Positions 1-9,872 of a DNA stretch of 64,000 bases are shown here, piece by piece. This DNA is from Planctomycetota bacterium (GTDB taxonomy: Bacteria; Planctomycetota; UBA11346). The stretch is from NCBI GenBank assembly GCA_038231435.1, contig JBBRLJ010000001.1:64001-128000 (forward strand), given 5' to 3'. The translations under genes and the position numbers were made by a program. Under the pieces are notes generated by a model. That model was not told the DNA's origin. It worked only from the letters and a program-made list of their open reading frames with translations, and did no database searches. The first letter of the stretch is position 1. The number at the start of each line of letters is the position of its first letter.

Positions 1-1073
1 AAGCCCTGTTCGGTCTGCCATTTCTCTATTCCGCCGACACCATGGCGCTTGAGCAACGCCTGCAGCGCATCGAGCGAGGTGCGCGCGAGCCACAGATCGC
101 CATTGATGTTGTTGTAGGCGTGGAACGAGAACACGTCGATCGACGCTCCGCCGCCGGCGCGGAAGAAATCCTCGAGCCATGGCAGGAGTCCCGGGCCGAT
201 CGTGACCGTGCCCGGGCCCATGACCTTCAGCGACGGGTCCGCGGATTTCACCGCGTCGTGGAACGGCTTCATCTCCTTGACCGCGAAATCGGCCCCGCTG
301 CTGCCGAAGTTCGGCTCGTTGCGCGGCTCCCAGTAGTGGACGGTCTTCTTGAAGTGCTCGGCCGCCGCCTTGACGCCCTTGAGATCAGCGGTGCCGTTCG
401 GGAACGCGATCATCAGCTCGCGTTTGCGCGCCGGATCGCGGGGTAGGTATTCCTTCGCGTCGTAGGCGATGTCCGCCTCCATGTGCGAGATCGCCTCGTC
501 GGCCTTGGCGCTGTCGCCGATGAAATGGCGTTGCGGGCCCATGCCCAGGAAAGCGCGCATCGGCTGATCCATCGACGGGTAGTACCCGTTCGACACGCTC
601 GCGTCCGGGAGCGCGGGAAATCCCTGATGGTCGCGGACGATGACGAAGGTGGTCGCGCCCACGATATCGCCCCAGGCCGGCCGCGACTCCTTGCCGTAGA
701 CGTAGAGCTTGTACCAGCCCGGCTGTGCCGCCTTGATGGTGGTCGATGCGCTCGCCGCGCCGCTGTCGACGAGTTCGCCCCAATAGTCGCGCACCTCGTA
801 GGTGACCGCGGCGGCGCCGAGCTCGAACACCACCGCTTGCCCGCGCGTGAACACATGGCTGCGATGCCCGGATTTCGGCGCCGTCCAATCCGGCGGCGCG
901 TCCTTCGTCCAGCCGGCGACGCGTTTCGGCTCGGGATGCCGCGGGATCGCGGGCGCCGTCACGTCATCGGCGGCCGTCGCGGCCAGCGCCACGGGGCCGA
1001 CGATAACCACCATCGAGGCGAGGCCGGCGAGCATCATCATCAGCGTTGGCAGCGAGGCGTGGGTACGTGTCAT
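1..1073 (-). CDS. Secreted clan GH-A glycoside hydrolase (GH39/GH5-like), 3' end truncated by the window edge
   Basis: Not in the ORF track because it runs off the edge. Manual translation from ATG 1073 gives a hydrophobic leader (MMMLAGLASMVVIVGPVALAATAA), acid/base motif YWEPRNEPN, DVFSFHAY and nucleophile motif KWQTEQG. Confidence 0.75.
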   Translation of the reverse strand, partial: MTRTHASLPTLMMMLAGLASMVVIVGPVALAATAADDVTAPAIPRHPEPKRVAGWTKDAPPDWTAPKSGHRSHVFTRGQAVVFELGAAAVTYEVRDYWGELVDSGAASASTTIKAAQPGWYKLYVYGKESRPAWGDIVGATTFVIVRDHQGFPALPDASVSNGYYPSMDQPMRAFLGMGPQRHFIGDSAKADEAISHMEADIAYDAKEYLPRDPARKRELMIAFPNGTADLKGVKAAAEHFKKTVHYWEPRNEPNFGSSGADFAVKEMKPFHDAVKSADPSLKVMGPGTVTIGPGLLPWLEDFFRAGGGASIDVFSFHAYNNINGDLWLARTSLDALQALLKRHGVGGIEKWQTEQG

Positions 1074-1115
1074 GTGAAGGTCCCCGGAGGATGGAGCGGA
1101 CGAGTAGCGACTCGG

Positions 1116-3008
1116 TTATTTGGCAGGCACATCGATGTCGTAGCGCTTGAGCGTCCGCTGCGCCTCGGCCCAAGCGGCGGTGTCGTCGAACTTGGCCTTC
1201 AGCTGACGGGCCGGCGCGATCATCGCCGACACCGCTTGGCCATTGCGCTCGACCCATTTCTTGTCCTTACAGCTGGCCGCGGATCCCGGCACCGCGGCCA
1301 AGCCTGCTTCGGCCGCCTGCAGCTTGCGCAATGGCCCGTTCCAGGCCTCGAGCTGGCGCTTGAATGTTGGATCGTCGAGGCGCGCCTTGGCGTCTTGCGC
1401 CGGCAGTTGTCCCGCGAAGCGTTCGATCAGATCGTCGTCGATGGTTTCGGCGTCTCCCGGCCGCTCTGACTCGAGACTTTTCGCCAAAGCGCCTTGCGCG
1501 ATGGCCCACGCGTTGACGCGCTCAACAGCCGAGTTCGCGATGCGTTCCGAGGCGGAGCCCGGACAGTCCTTCTTCACCACTTCGAACGCCACCCCCAGAT
1601 CCTTTGCCTTGCCAGCATGCTTGGTCCCGGTTGGCGACATCACAGCGTTGGCGCAAGCGAGGACCTTGGCGACCTTGTCCCATTCGGCGAGTTGGCCTGC
1701 GAGTGCCGGGTCCTCGAGACGCTTGGCCGCCGCGTCGCCGGACTCGATACCGGCGTATTGCGCGCACAGCTTCTTGTACAGCTTCGCGGCCGCGGGCAGA
1801 TCGGTCGTCTCGAGCGCCTGCGCGCGCCTGAGCATGGTGCGGCCCCAGCACAGCACGTGGTCGCGGAGGCGCGTGGCCTCGAGCGCCTTATCGGCATCCT
1901 GGCCCGGAGCGGCGAGCTTGTCGAGCTCGTCGAGGACCGGTTGGAAGGTCTTGGCCCCGGCGAGCTTCTTGACCAGGGCTGGCAGCTTGGTGGACGCGAG
2001 CTTGTCAGTCGGTTCGGCTCCGAATGGCTCGTAGCCCTTGATGCTCGCGTCCCAGAATCCGCCGGCGCGATCGAAAACACCGTCGCGGTTGTGGGTGACG
2101 CCGAGCTGGCGGCCGTTCTTCCAGTCGTAGAGCTCGGAATCCATGTACAGAACCTCGAAGTTGCTCGGAATCTTGAGCCGGCCCTGCGTGACGTTGATCC
2201 AGTTCTGGGAATTGGTCGCCCAGCGGAAGCTCTGCCATGCCCAACCGAGCTGTTCACGCCTGAGACCGAGCGCCGGGCTGCACGGGTCCCCTTCGTACTG
2301 GTTCACGCGGAAATCCGCCTGGCTCTGCGCCTGCATGTTCAGCAAGGTGCAGCCGGTGTGGATCCCCGTATTGGAGGCGAACAGCAGACCATCCGGCGAG
2401 ATGCAGTTGCCACATCCGGGATTCCACGTCGGCACCCCCTTCAGGTTGCCGTCCCCCTTGGTGAAATCGTACACCACCACGTCGTAGTTGTCGGTACGCA
2501 GCACCGCGTGTCCGGCATGCGGCGTCATGTCCGGCGACAACATCGGCCATCCGCCGCGATTGAAGGTGATGACGTCCTCCATCTGCTTCGACCACACGTT
2601 CACACGGCGCAGCACGTTCGCGGTCACACCTGGCCGGCAGTCGCGGAAGTAGATCCATTGCGCGCTGTCCGCGACGGGCCACTGCAGCATGGTGCCCGGA
2701 TTGCCCGCTTGGCCTCCGGTGTAGCTGCCAAGCTCGATGGGGTCGCCGCCGTCGATAGAGACCAGTGCCATGCCGCCGTCAGCGCGGGTGAAAGCCACCT
2801 GGTCGCCACCGGGGCTTATGCACAGGTACACCGCATTGGCGGCAAGCGCGGACCAGCCGACGGTGCGATCGCCCCTGAGATCGTAGCGCCTGAGCTCGCC
2901 TGGCTCGATGGCGTCGTGGATGATCCCCAGCCCATGCTTCTCGTAATGGACCGTGACGGCAAAGCCGTCGAGCGCGGGGGACGTCCGCTCGGTGATGACT
3001 AGCGCCAT
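1116..3008 (-). CDS. Hypothetical protein: TolB-like beta-propeller N-half plus duplicated helical C-half
   Basis: Long ORF (685 aa in the track; likely start ATG 3008 because the upstream part is AT-rich). Propeller-like motifs ISPGGDQVAF, LSPDM, ISPDGLLFAS. Ala/Lys-rich helical tail with an internal repeat (AAKRLEDPALAGQLAEW / AKARLDDPTFKRQLEAW). Confidence 0.65.
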   Translation of the reverse strand: MALVITERTSPALDGFAVTVHYEKHGLGIIHDAIEPGELRRYDLRGDRTVGWSALAANAVYLCISPGGDQVAFTRADGGMALVSIDGGDPIELGSYTGGQAGNPGTMLQWPVADSAQWIYFRDCRPGVTANVLRRVNVWSKQMEDVITFNRGGWPMLSPDMTPHAGHAVLRTDNYDVVVYDFTKGDGNLKGVPTWNPGCGNCISPDGLLFASNTGIHTGCTLLNMQAQSQADFRVNQYEGDPCSPALGLRREQLGWAWQSFRWATNSQNWINVTQGRLKIPSNFEVLYMDSELYDWKNGRQLGVTHNRDGVFDRAGGFWDASIKGYEPFGAEPTDKLASTKLPALVKKLAGAKTFQPVLDELDKLAAPGQDADKALEATRLRDHVLCWGRTMLRRAQALETTDLPAAAKLYKKLCAQYAGIESGDAAAKRLEDPALAGQLAEWDKVAKVLACANAVMSPTGTKHAGKAKDLGVAFEVVKKDCPGSASERIANSAVERVNAWAIAQGALAKSLESERPGDAETIDDDLIERFAGQLPAQDAKARLDDPTFKRQLEAWNGPLRKLQAAEAGLAAVPGSAASCKDKKWVERNGQAVSAMIAPARQLKAKFDDTAAWAEAQRTLKRYDIDVPAK

Positions 3009-3166
3009 GAGCACGTATATACCTAGGATACAGGCCGTTGCATCTCGGCGTGACCTAATCAAGTGCGAATTGGGAAGGCCTCCCCCGTGACCTGATTCTG
3101 GATTTCGTGCACGGACGAGCATAGGATTCCCTTCCTCATCGGGTGATGCCAGGGATGTATCCTGGT

Positions 3167-3220
3167 GATTCACTCATATAAATGGGTGAATCGATACTAA
3201 GTGACAACTCTCGTTACTTA
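3167..3220. promoter_or_regulatory. Two adjacent imperfect palindromes in an AT-rich divergent intergenic region (candidate operators)
   Basis: GATTCACTCAT-ataa-ATGGGTGAATC (3167-3192) and TAAGTGAC-n7-GTTACTTA (3198-3220), one mismatch each. Confidence 0.4.
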
Positions 3221-3295
3221 AACAATAGTAGTCGTCGTCGCTGAAGTTCAAAGCCGTCGCTATCGCCGTGACCGTGTCGTCGCGTTCTGAGAGGC

Positions 3296-3363
3296 GGCAG
3301 CGGACCTCCAGCGACGCGACCGAGCGCTACTCGGCCGCGCTCGCTGGATGCCGGATCGCTGCC
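3296..3363. repeat. Long imperfect inverted repeat / stem-loop
   Basis: Nested pairs GGCAGCG/CGCTGCC, TCCAGCGA/TCGCTGGA, CGCG/CGCG and CCGAG/CTCGG around the loop CGCTA. Confidence 0.5.
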
Positions 3364-3970
3364 TGATCGTTGCCTGATCGAGACCGAATTACGCCTCGTT
3401 GGAGGTGCCGGTCGTCACCGACTTCATCACGTTCGATGTCGTTGGCGTGCCAGCCGCGGATCATTGTCGGTAGATTCACTGAACGTGGTCACCGTGGGAA
3501 CTGGATCACCAGGCTGAAGGTCGGACGTTTTGCGGTCGTTAAAAGCAGTCACCACCTTGTGCAGGAACGCGAACCTGTGTCCCCAGCCGTGGTCGTACAT
3601 TCGAATTCAGGCGTCTGTGCTGCCGCTGAAAAGTGGAAAACGAGTTTGCCGCCTTGCGCAGTTTCCCGCAGGCAGCGCAATCCTGCTTTCCATCACTTGC
3701 GCGCCGTCACTGCAGAGCCGTCTGCGGAACGCACGATGTCTTGCGGCAATCTCACCGGCAGGTCGGCATCGAACGCTTGCACATCATACATCGACAACTC
3801 TCATCGCAGTGGTGACCGCGGAGAACGCCCGCATCAAAATCGCAAGACGTGAAACAAATTGTCCGCGAATCGCTCCGTGTATCACCACGAATATTTCCGC
3901 GCTTCGCAATGGATGACGATATCGAAGCCGCCAATCAATAGAACACGCGCCTCTCAAGGAGGCGTCACCC

Positions 3971-6565
3971 ATGCGATCCCTACTCTCCATCCTCGTCCTC
4001 ATCACCGCCACGGCAGCGCTCGCACAGGGCGCGGTGACAGCCTCGGACTTCGCGTACGCGGACTACAGCGCTGGCGGAGTGGATGTGCCATATCGGCTCT
4101 ATACGCCGCCCGGAATGCAGGCCGGCGTGAAGTATCCGCTGATCCTGTTCCTGCACGGCGCGGGTGAGAAGGGAACCGACAACAACCTGCAGCTCGCATA
4201 CAATTGCCAAGGTGCGTTCAATTTCCTGTCGGACGCGAATCAGGCGAAGCAGAAGTGCCTGTTCATGGCCCCGCAGTCGTGGGCTACGGACTGGAGCGAT
4301 CCACAGATGCAGACGAACCTCGCAACGATCATCCAGCAGTTGATCGCGTCCGCATCGGTCGACGCCAATCGCGTGTATGTCACCGGAATCTCGATGGGCG
4401 GAGGCGGGACCTGGCAATGCCTGGCCAGCAATCCGGACGTGTTCGCGGCAGCGATTCCGCAGAGCGGCTGGGGCTGCGGTAATTACGCGGCGTTCAAGGA
4501 TAAGCCGCTGTGGTGCTTCCACGCGGCGAACGATGGCACGGTGGGCGTCGGGGCTGAAGATGGGCCCATCAACGAGCTGCGTTTCCTCGGAGGCAACCCG
4601 ATCTACACGCGCTACGACGGTGGCGGTCACGGCATCTGGCAGACGGCATACGCCACCCCCGGACTGTTCGACTGGTTGATCGCCCAGCGCCGCGGAGTGA
4701 GGGCGAATGCCGCGCCCCTGGTCGCATTCACGTCGCCGACCAACGGCACCTCGTTCACGACGTCGCAGAGCTATGTGACGTTCACCGGAACCGCGACCTC
4801 GTCGGGCGCGATTTCCAGCATCACCTACCAGTTCGGCGAGACGTGGGATGCCGCTTTCCAGACCGGCACCGCTGCGGGAGCATCGGCGTGGTCGTTCGGC
4901 ATCTCGATGCCAGCAGTCAGCACCACGCTGAATCTGCGCGCCATGGCGATCGGAACCAGCTGGTCCTCGCTCGGCGGCAATACCACATACAGCGCATCAA
5001 TGTCCGTTACGCGACAGAACGGCGTGAGCGACACCGTTGCGCCGGCGATCACCATTACCGGTCCCACGAGCGCGACCTCAGCGACCTCGTCGAGCGCGAC
5101 CTACGCCATCTCGGGCAGCGCCTCGGACAATGTCGGAGTCACAGGCATCACCTGGAGCAACAACCGCGGCGGCAGCGGTACGGCTGCCGGTTACGGCAGC
5201 TGGAGCGTCACCGGCATCTCGCTGCAAGGTGGGGCCAACGTCATCACCGTCACTGCGACCGATGCGGCTGGCAACACCGCATCGGACGCCATCACCGTCA
5301 CCTGGAACGCGCCTGATACCATCGCCCCGGCGGTGACGATCACCTCGCCGACCAGCGCAACGAGTTTCAACGCCTCAGCCGCGAGCATCGCCCTGGGCGG
5401 GACCGCCTCGGACAATATGGGCGTCACCAGCATTGGCTGGAGCAACGATCGTGGCGGCAGCGGCAGCGCGAGCGGCACCAACACCTGGAGCGTGGGATCG
5501 ATCGCGCTGCAGAATGGCGTGAACGTGATCACGGTGAGCGCACGCGACGTTGCCGGCAACAGTGGGTCAGACTCCATATCGGTGACCTGGAATCCGCCGA
5601 CTACTCCCCCGGTCGCCGGCGCGACATTCCGCGCCGAGTATTATCCCACGAACAATCTCACCGGCAGCCCGGTGCTGGCGTCGACCGCGAGCGTGTTCTT
5701 CGATTGGGGTTTCGGATCGCCCGCGGGCATGCCGAATGACAATTTCAGCGCGCGCTGGAGCGGCTCTGCCACGCCTACCGCTACGGGCACGTACACGTTC
5801 TTCGCCGCGGGAGACGATGGCATCCGCCTGTGGGTGAACGGAAGCCTGGTGATCGACGCATGGTACCCTCAAGGCGAGCGCGAATACGCCGCGGCGATCC
5901 CGGTCATCGCTGGCGTGCCGGTGTCGATCCGATTCGAGTATTTCGAACTCGGCGGCTCTGCCGTCGCGAAGCTGTCGTGGTCGGGACCGACCCAGGCCAA
6001 GCAGCCCATCCCGGCCTCTGCCGGTACGCCGGTCACCACCGTAGCGTACCGGGCTCTGATCGATTTCGGCGCCTGGAGCAAGCAGACTCCCGGATTCACC
6101 AACGTGTTCGACGAGACGGTCGTGCCCGTGGTCAGCGATACCGGTGCTTCGACCGGCGCCAGGGTCGTGATCACGGATTCGTTCGTCAGCGTAAATGAGA
6201 ACGGAGTGGTTGCCCATGACCTGTATCCAGGCACGGCGCAATCGGATACGCTGTACGTCGACGCGGTGAATAATCCCTATGCCGAAGTCCAGCTGCAGAG
6301 CCTGAACCCCGGCATGACCTATGATGTCACGCTGTTCGCGTCTCGAGGTGGCGTGAACGATGACCGCTCGAAGGTCTACACCGTCGGTGGCTCGTCGCAG
6401 GTCCTCAACGCTGCCAACAACACCAATCGCGTGGTGCGATTCGTCGGCATTCGTGCCGGAGCGGATGGCATCATCCGCATCGGCGTGGCCGCTGCTGCTG
6501 GATCCCCGTATGGGTACCTCGGCGTGGTCGAATTGATCGCGCACGCGCCAGTCGGCAATGGCTGA
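3971..6565 (+). CDS. Secreted multidomain alpha/beta-hydrolase (esterase or predicted peptidase) with Ig-like repeats and a PA14 domain
   Basis: RBS AAGGAGG; signal peptide; YPLILFLHGAGE, RVYVTGISMGGGG (GxSxG), HAAND and GGHGIW triad; Ser/Thr-rich Ig-like repeats (DTVAPAITIT.../DTIAPAVTIT...); PA14 motif FDWGFGSP..DNFSARWSG..DDGIRLWVNG. Confidence 0.85.
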   Translation: MRSLLSILVLITATAALAQGAVTASDFAYADYSAGGVDVPYRLYTPPGMQAGVKYPLILFLHGAGEKGTDNNLQLAYNCQGAFNFLSDANQAKQKCLFMAPQSWATDWSDPQMQTNLATIIQQLIASASVDANRVYVTGISMGGGGTWQCLASNPDVFAAAIPQSGWGCGNYAAFKDKPLWCFHAANDGTVGVGAEDGPINELRFLGGNPIYTRYDGGGHGIWQTAYATPGLFDWLIAQRRGVRANAAPLVAFTSPTNGTSFTTSQSYVTFTGTATSSGAISSITYQFGETWDAAFQTGTAAGASAWSFGISMPAVSTTLNLRAMAIGTSWSSLGGNTTYSASMSVTRQNGVSDTVAPAITITGPTSATSATSSSATYAISGSASDNVGVTGITWSNNRGGSGTAAGYGSWSVTGISLQGGANVITVTATDAAGNTASDAITVTWNAPDTIAPAVTITSPTSATSFNASAASIALGGTASDNMGVTSIGWSNDRGGSGSASGTNTWSVGSIALQNGVNVITVSARDVAGNSGSDSISVTWNPPTTPPVAGATFRAEYYPTNNLTGSPVLASTASVFFDWGFGSPAGMPNDNFSARWSGSATPTATGTYTFFAAGDDGIRLWVNGSLVIDAWYPQGEREYAAAIPVIAGVPVSIRFEYFELGGSAVAKLSWSGPTQAKQPIPASAGTPVTTVAYRALIDFGAWSKQTPGFTNVFDETVVPVVSDTGASTGARVVITDSFVSVNENGVVAHDLYPGTAQSDTLYVDAVNNPYAEVQLQSLNPGMTYDVTLFASRGGVNDDRSKVYTVGGSSQVLNAANNTNRVVRFVGIRAGADGIIRIGVAAAAGSPYGYLGVVELIAHAPVGNG

Positions 6566-6871
6566 TCCGTTCGGCCGGGGTTTCCCGACCGTGATGTGAT
6601 GAGATGTGACAGCACCCGGCGTATTGTCCAAAAGGGCGGTCGCGGGATGCTGTCGCGTCCTGGGGAGTGGTCCAGCTTACTCTCATCAGCTGAATGGATG
6701 CACTGGTTCATAGATCCGAAATTGATTCATGCGAGCCGGTCGACGTGCCGCTCTCAGAATATCTCCACGTTGAAGTCATGAATTTCGAGAGCATTCATCT
6801 TCTACACATGTCTCTGACGAATGCGCGCAACGGCCAGATGCCAGGCCGGCCGGCGAACAGACCGCCCTACC

Positions 6872-7726
6872 TCAGCCCCGCTCCATCCGCCGTTCCTTGC
6901 TCCACCGTGTCGGACTGCGGCCGAACTTCTCGCGGAATCGACGAGTGAAGTACTCCGCGCTGTCGTAGTGGCAGCGCGCGGCGACCTCCTTAACGGTGAG
7001 CGTGCTGCTCGCCAGCAGTTGGCAGGCGCGCTCGAAGCGCACCTGCTCGACGTAATCCTTGGGCGACATCGCGTAGCGTTCGACGAACAGGCGGAAGAGC
7101 GTCGATCGGTTGACCCCGAAGCGCTCAGCCAATGCCGCAATGCGGATCGGGCCCAGGTGGTGGCGGATATAGTCGCGGCAGGCACCGGCGACGCCCACGG
7201 CCTTGCCGGACTCGGCCTCGAAGCCGAGATGCTCGGCTGTCCTCCAGATCAGTTGCCAGGCGGCGGCGGCGGGAAAGATGGGATTGAACCCGCCGTGCTT
7301 GAAACGCGCGAAGACCTCGATTGCGGCGGGCACGACGTCGTTACCCTCGCGCAGCCGATAGGACCGAGTCCCGGGTGGGAATCCCGCGCTCTGGATGACC
7401 CAGGCGACATCGCGGCCGACCAGTGATATCCACACGAAGCGCCAGGGCGATCCGGGGACGTCTGAGAGATCGACGACGTCGCCCGGCCAGTAGAGGAAGA
7501 CGTCATCGCGCGCGAGACGGATCTCGCGGCCGTCGCACAGCGCCGCTCCATCGCCGCCGATCATGAAGCGCATGAAGAAAGTCGGCGCATGCAGCCGGTA
7601 GCGGAAATAGCCACGGCTGGTGCAGTTGCCGATGACGTTTATCGCGACGTCCGGGACTTCGTCGAGCCTCGCCAGGTCGGCGTAGCACATGTCATTGATC
7701 GTCTCGCGGTCGTTCAGCGTCGGCAT
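6872..7726 (-). CDS. AraC family transcriptional regulator
   Basis: Cupin-type N-domain plus C-terminal double HTH (RFERACQLLASSTLTVKEVAARCHYDSAEYFTRRFREKFGRSPTRW). Confidence 0.9.
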   Translation of the reverse strand: MPTLNDRETINDMCYADLARLDEVPDVAINVIGNCTSRGYFRYRLHAPTFFMRFMIGGDGAALCDGREIRLARDDVFLYWPGDVVDLSDVPGSPWRFVWISLVGRDVAWVIQSAGFPPGTRSYRLREGNDVVPAAIEVFARFKHGGFNPIFPAAAAWQLIWRTAEHLGFEAESGKAVGVAGACRDYIRHHLGPIRIAALAERFGVNRSTLFRLFVERYAMSPKDYVEQVRFERACQLLASSTLTVKEVAARCHYDSAEYFTRRFREKFGRSPTRWSKERRMERG

Positions 7727-7942
7727 GGACGGGCCTCGCACGGCGACTCTACCCGCATCGAGGAGGGACTCGGGCCAAGGGCGCTAAATAGGCATCACGT
7801 CATCATCACACACAGCTCGCGATGCGGTCACCCGACCACGGCCTCCTCACCTCTGTGCCGCGAATCCGATTATGCGGGTCGGGTGCAGCATTCTCGCCGT
7901 TGGCGCGAAGACGATCAATGAACCATCCCTACTTTCCATTTT

Positions 7943-8179
7943 TCACCTACCCGACGTCCTCCCCCACCGCCCCCACGCCACCGCTCCCGCCATCACTCCC
8001 ATCGCCACTGCCCAGTCCATTGGATTCTCGACGCTCAGCTTCAGCGAGTAACTCGCATACAGGGCCCCGAGCGCGAAGATCTCGATCGTCAGCACGGTTG
8101 CGGCCCACGGTGTCAGCACCGACATCCGCCTCGTCGCCATAGCCATGGTGAGCAAGACCGCGCCCATCTTCTCGAGCAC
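7943..8179 (-). CDS. Small putative membrane protein
   Basis: GGAGG RBS just upstream of GTG 8179; 78 aa with two hydrophobic segments; no recognised family. Confidence 0.4.
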   Translation of the reverse strand: MLEKMGAVLLTMAMATRRMSVLTPWAATVLTIEIFALGALYASYSLKLSVENPMDWAVAMGVMAGAVAWGRWGRTSGR

Positions 8180-8271
8180 CCTGATCCTCCCCCGATACTG
8201 CGTACACCATGTTGCGAAGTAAGCCTCGGGGTAACATCGTCCTTGGGCCGCTCCCCTCTTTCGATGGTCTC

Positions 8272-9771
8272 CTACTCCTTCGCCGCTAATTCCGGCAGCA
8301 AGTGTTGCAGCTCTGCGAGCGTCGTCCGCCCTTCAGCCGCCTTGCGCACGCCATCGGCGGCCATGGTCACGAAGCCCTGGCCGATGGCGATTGAGCGCAG
8401 CTCGGCATCGGTCGCGTTGCGGCGCAGGGCGAAGCGGAGCTCACGCGTCACCTCGAGCGCCTCGCTGACCATCATTCGCCCGCTGTATCCGGTGTCGTGG
8501 CAAGCGGGGCACCCGGCGGCGCGCTTCCATGCAGGCTTAACCGTGCTCCAGGCGACACCGCCCGACCCGGCTACGAGTTCAGCGTGGCGGGCGCTCGCCG
8601 CCGCGGGAGCGCCCGCCACGGCGCACTTCGCGCACAACCTGCGCACCAGGCGCTGCGCCATTACCAGCGCAACCTCCTCGAGGCCGGCCTCGTGGTCGCT
8701 CGAGAGGTCGGCGATGCGGCGCAACGCGGCGATCGCGTCGGGGGCATGCAGGCAGGCGAGCACGAGATGTCCGGTGATAGCGCATTCGGCGGCGGCCTCC
8801 ATGGTCTCCCGATCGCGCAGGTTCTCGAGCACGACGATGTCGGGATCGACTCGCAGCACTGCGCGCAGCGCCGCGGGATAGTCCATCCCCTGCTCGACGT
8901 CGACGCGCACGCGCACGGCCTGTGGCAGGCTGTAGGGCATGTGCTCCTCGATCGTGACCAGCCGTGCTTCGGTGGTGGCAGTGAGCTGGGCGCAGCCGTA
9001 CATGGCGGTCGATTTGCCGCTGCCGGTCGGACCGGCGAAGATCACCAGGCCATTCGGCGCCTTGAGCGCGCGCTCGAGCGCAGCGCGTTCACGCGGCGCG
9101 AAGCTCATCGCCTCGAGCGTCGGCAGGCTCAACGACAGGTCGTGGAAGCGTGCGACCACGCATTCACCGTGCACCGCCGGCAGGGTGGTCGCACGGATGT
9201 CGATGCGCTGGCCATCGCTCTCGATGGTCATCAGGCCGTCCTGGGCACGGCTGGAGAGGGCGAGGTTCATTCCGGTCATGCGCTTGAGCTGCTCAACCAT
9301 GAGCGGCTGCAGGCGCACGTCGAAGCGCGCGATTTCGACCAGGGCGCCATCGATGCGCAACTGGATCGCGCCCGCGCTCGGAAAGGCGAGCAGGTGCAGG
9401 TCACTCGCCTTCATGCGCATTGCAACGCGGATTGAGAGCTGCATGGCTACCTGGACCAGGTCGCCCGTCGGCTCGGCAGCGCGCTCGCCAAGGCGCTCGC
9501 GCAGGCCGTGGATCAGCGGCTTGATGTCCGTCGGCAGGTCGACGCGAGGACCCTCGCCCTTGAGGAAGCGCTCGATGTCGTCGCGGCGGAAACGCCACTG
9601 GCGCCCGATCTTCACCCCCTTCACGGTCCCGGCGCGCAGCCAGCGATAGAAAGTCGGCCGCGTGGTGGTCAGCGCGGTGATCGCCTGATCCATGTCGAGC
9701 AGGTCGGATGCCGCCGGCGCCGCCAGTGAGGGAGCGGCGGAACGGCTGCGGGGCTTGGCGGTACGGGGCAT
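8272..9771 (-). CDS. Excisionase-like HTH (HTH_17) fused to a GspE/PilB-family secretion ATPase domain
   Basis: N-term LLDMDQAITALTTTRPTFYRWLRAGTVKGVKIGRQWRFRRDDIERFL; ASDLHL, RIDG, Walker A GPTGSGKS, LRVDPDIVV, TGHLV, AQRLVRRLC, CxxC...CxxC zinc motif, TGYSGR. Confidence 0.9.
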   Translation of the reverse strand: MPRTAKPRSRSAAPSLAAPAASDLLDMDQAITALTTTRPTFYRWLRAGTVKGVKIGRQWRFRRDDIERFLKGEGPRVDLPTDIKPLIHGLRERLGERAAEPTGDLVQVAMQLSIRVAMRMKASDLHLLAFPSAGAIQLRIDGALVEIARFDVRLQPLMVEQLKRMTGMNLALSSRAQDGLMTIESDGQRIDIRATTLPAVHGECVVARFHDLSLSLPTLEAMSFAPRERAALERALKAPNGLVIFAGPTGSGKSTAMYGCAQLTATTEARLVTIEEHMPYSLPQAVRVRVDVEQGMDYPAALRAVLRVDPDIVVLENLRDRETMEAAAECAITGHLVLACLHAPDAIAALRRIADLSSDHEAGLEEVALVMAQRLVRRLCAKCAVAGAPAAASARHAELVAGSGGVAWSTVKPAWKRAAGCPACHDTGYSGRMMVSEALEVTRELRFALRRNATDAELRSIAIGQGFVTMAADGVRKAAEGRTTLAELQHLLPELAAKE

Positions 9772-9824
9772 GGGGTTGTCTCCTGACCTCAGAAGATGCA
9801 AATTCGCTCGAGATGACCAAAGGT

Positions 9825-9872
9825 TTTTTATCGTTACGTAAAGTTACACTATGATGCTTTATGATATTTTAA
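9825..9872 (-). promoter_or_regulatory. AT-rich promoter region of the HTH-ATPase gene with 10-bp phased short direct repeats
   Basis: GTTAC at 9833 and 9843; ATGAT at 9851 and 9861; sharp AT island in a GC-rich background. Confidence 0.4.

Noticed and set aside
3600..3700. c-di-GMP-I riboswitch-like GGCAAAC on the minus strand
   Set aside because: The required GAAA-loop stem and GACGCAAAGC continuation are absent.
6540..6565. C-terminal PVGNG as a sorting signal
   Set aside because: Only one instance in the window and no TM or basic tail; unsupported.
8272..9771. Type IV pilus / T2SS locus or excisionase of a mobile element
   Set aside because: No pilins, platform protein, secretin or integrase nearby; the HTH is fused in frame to the ATPase.
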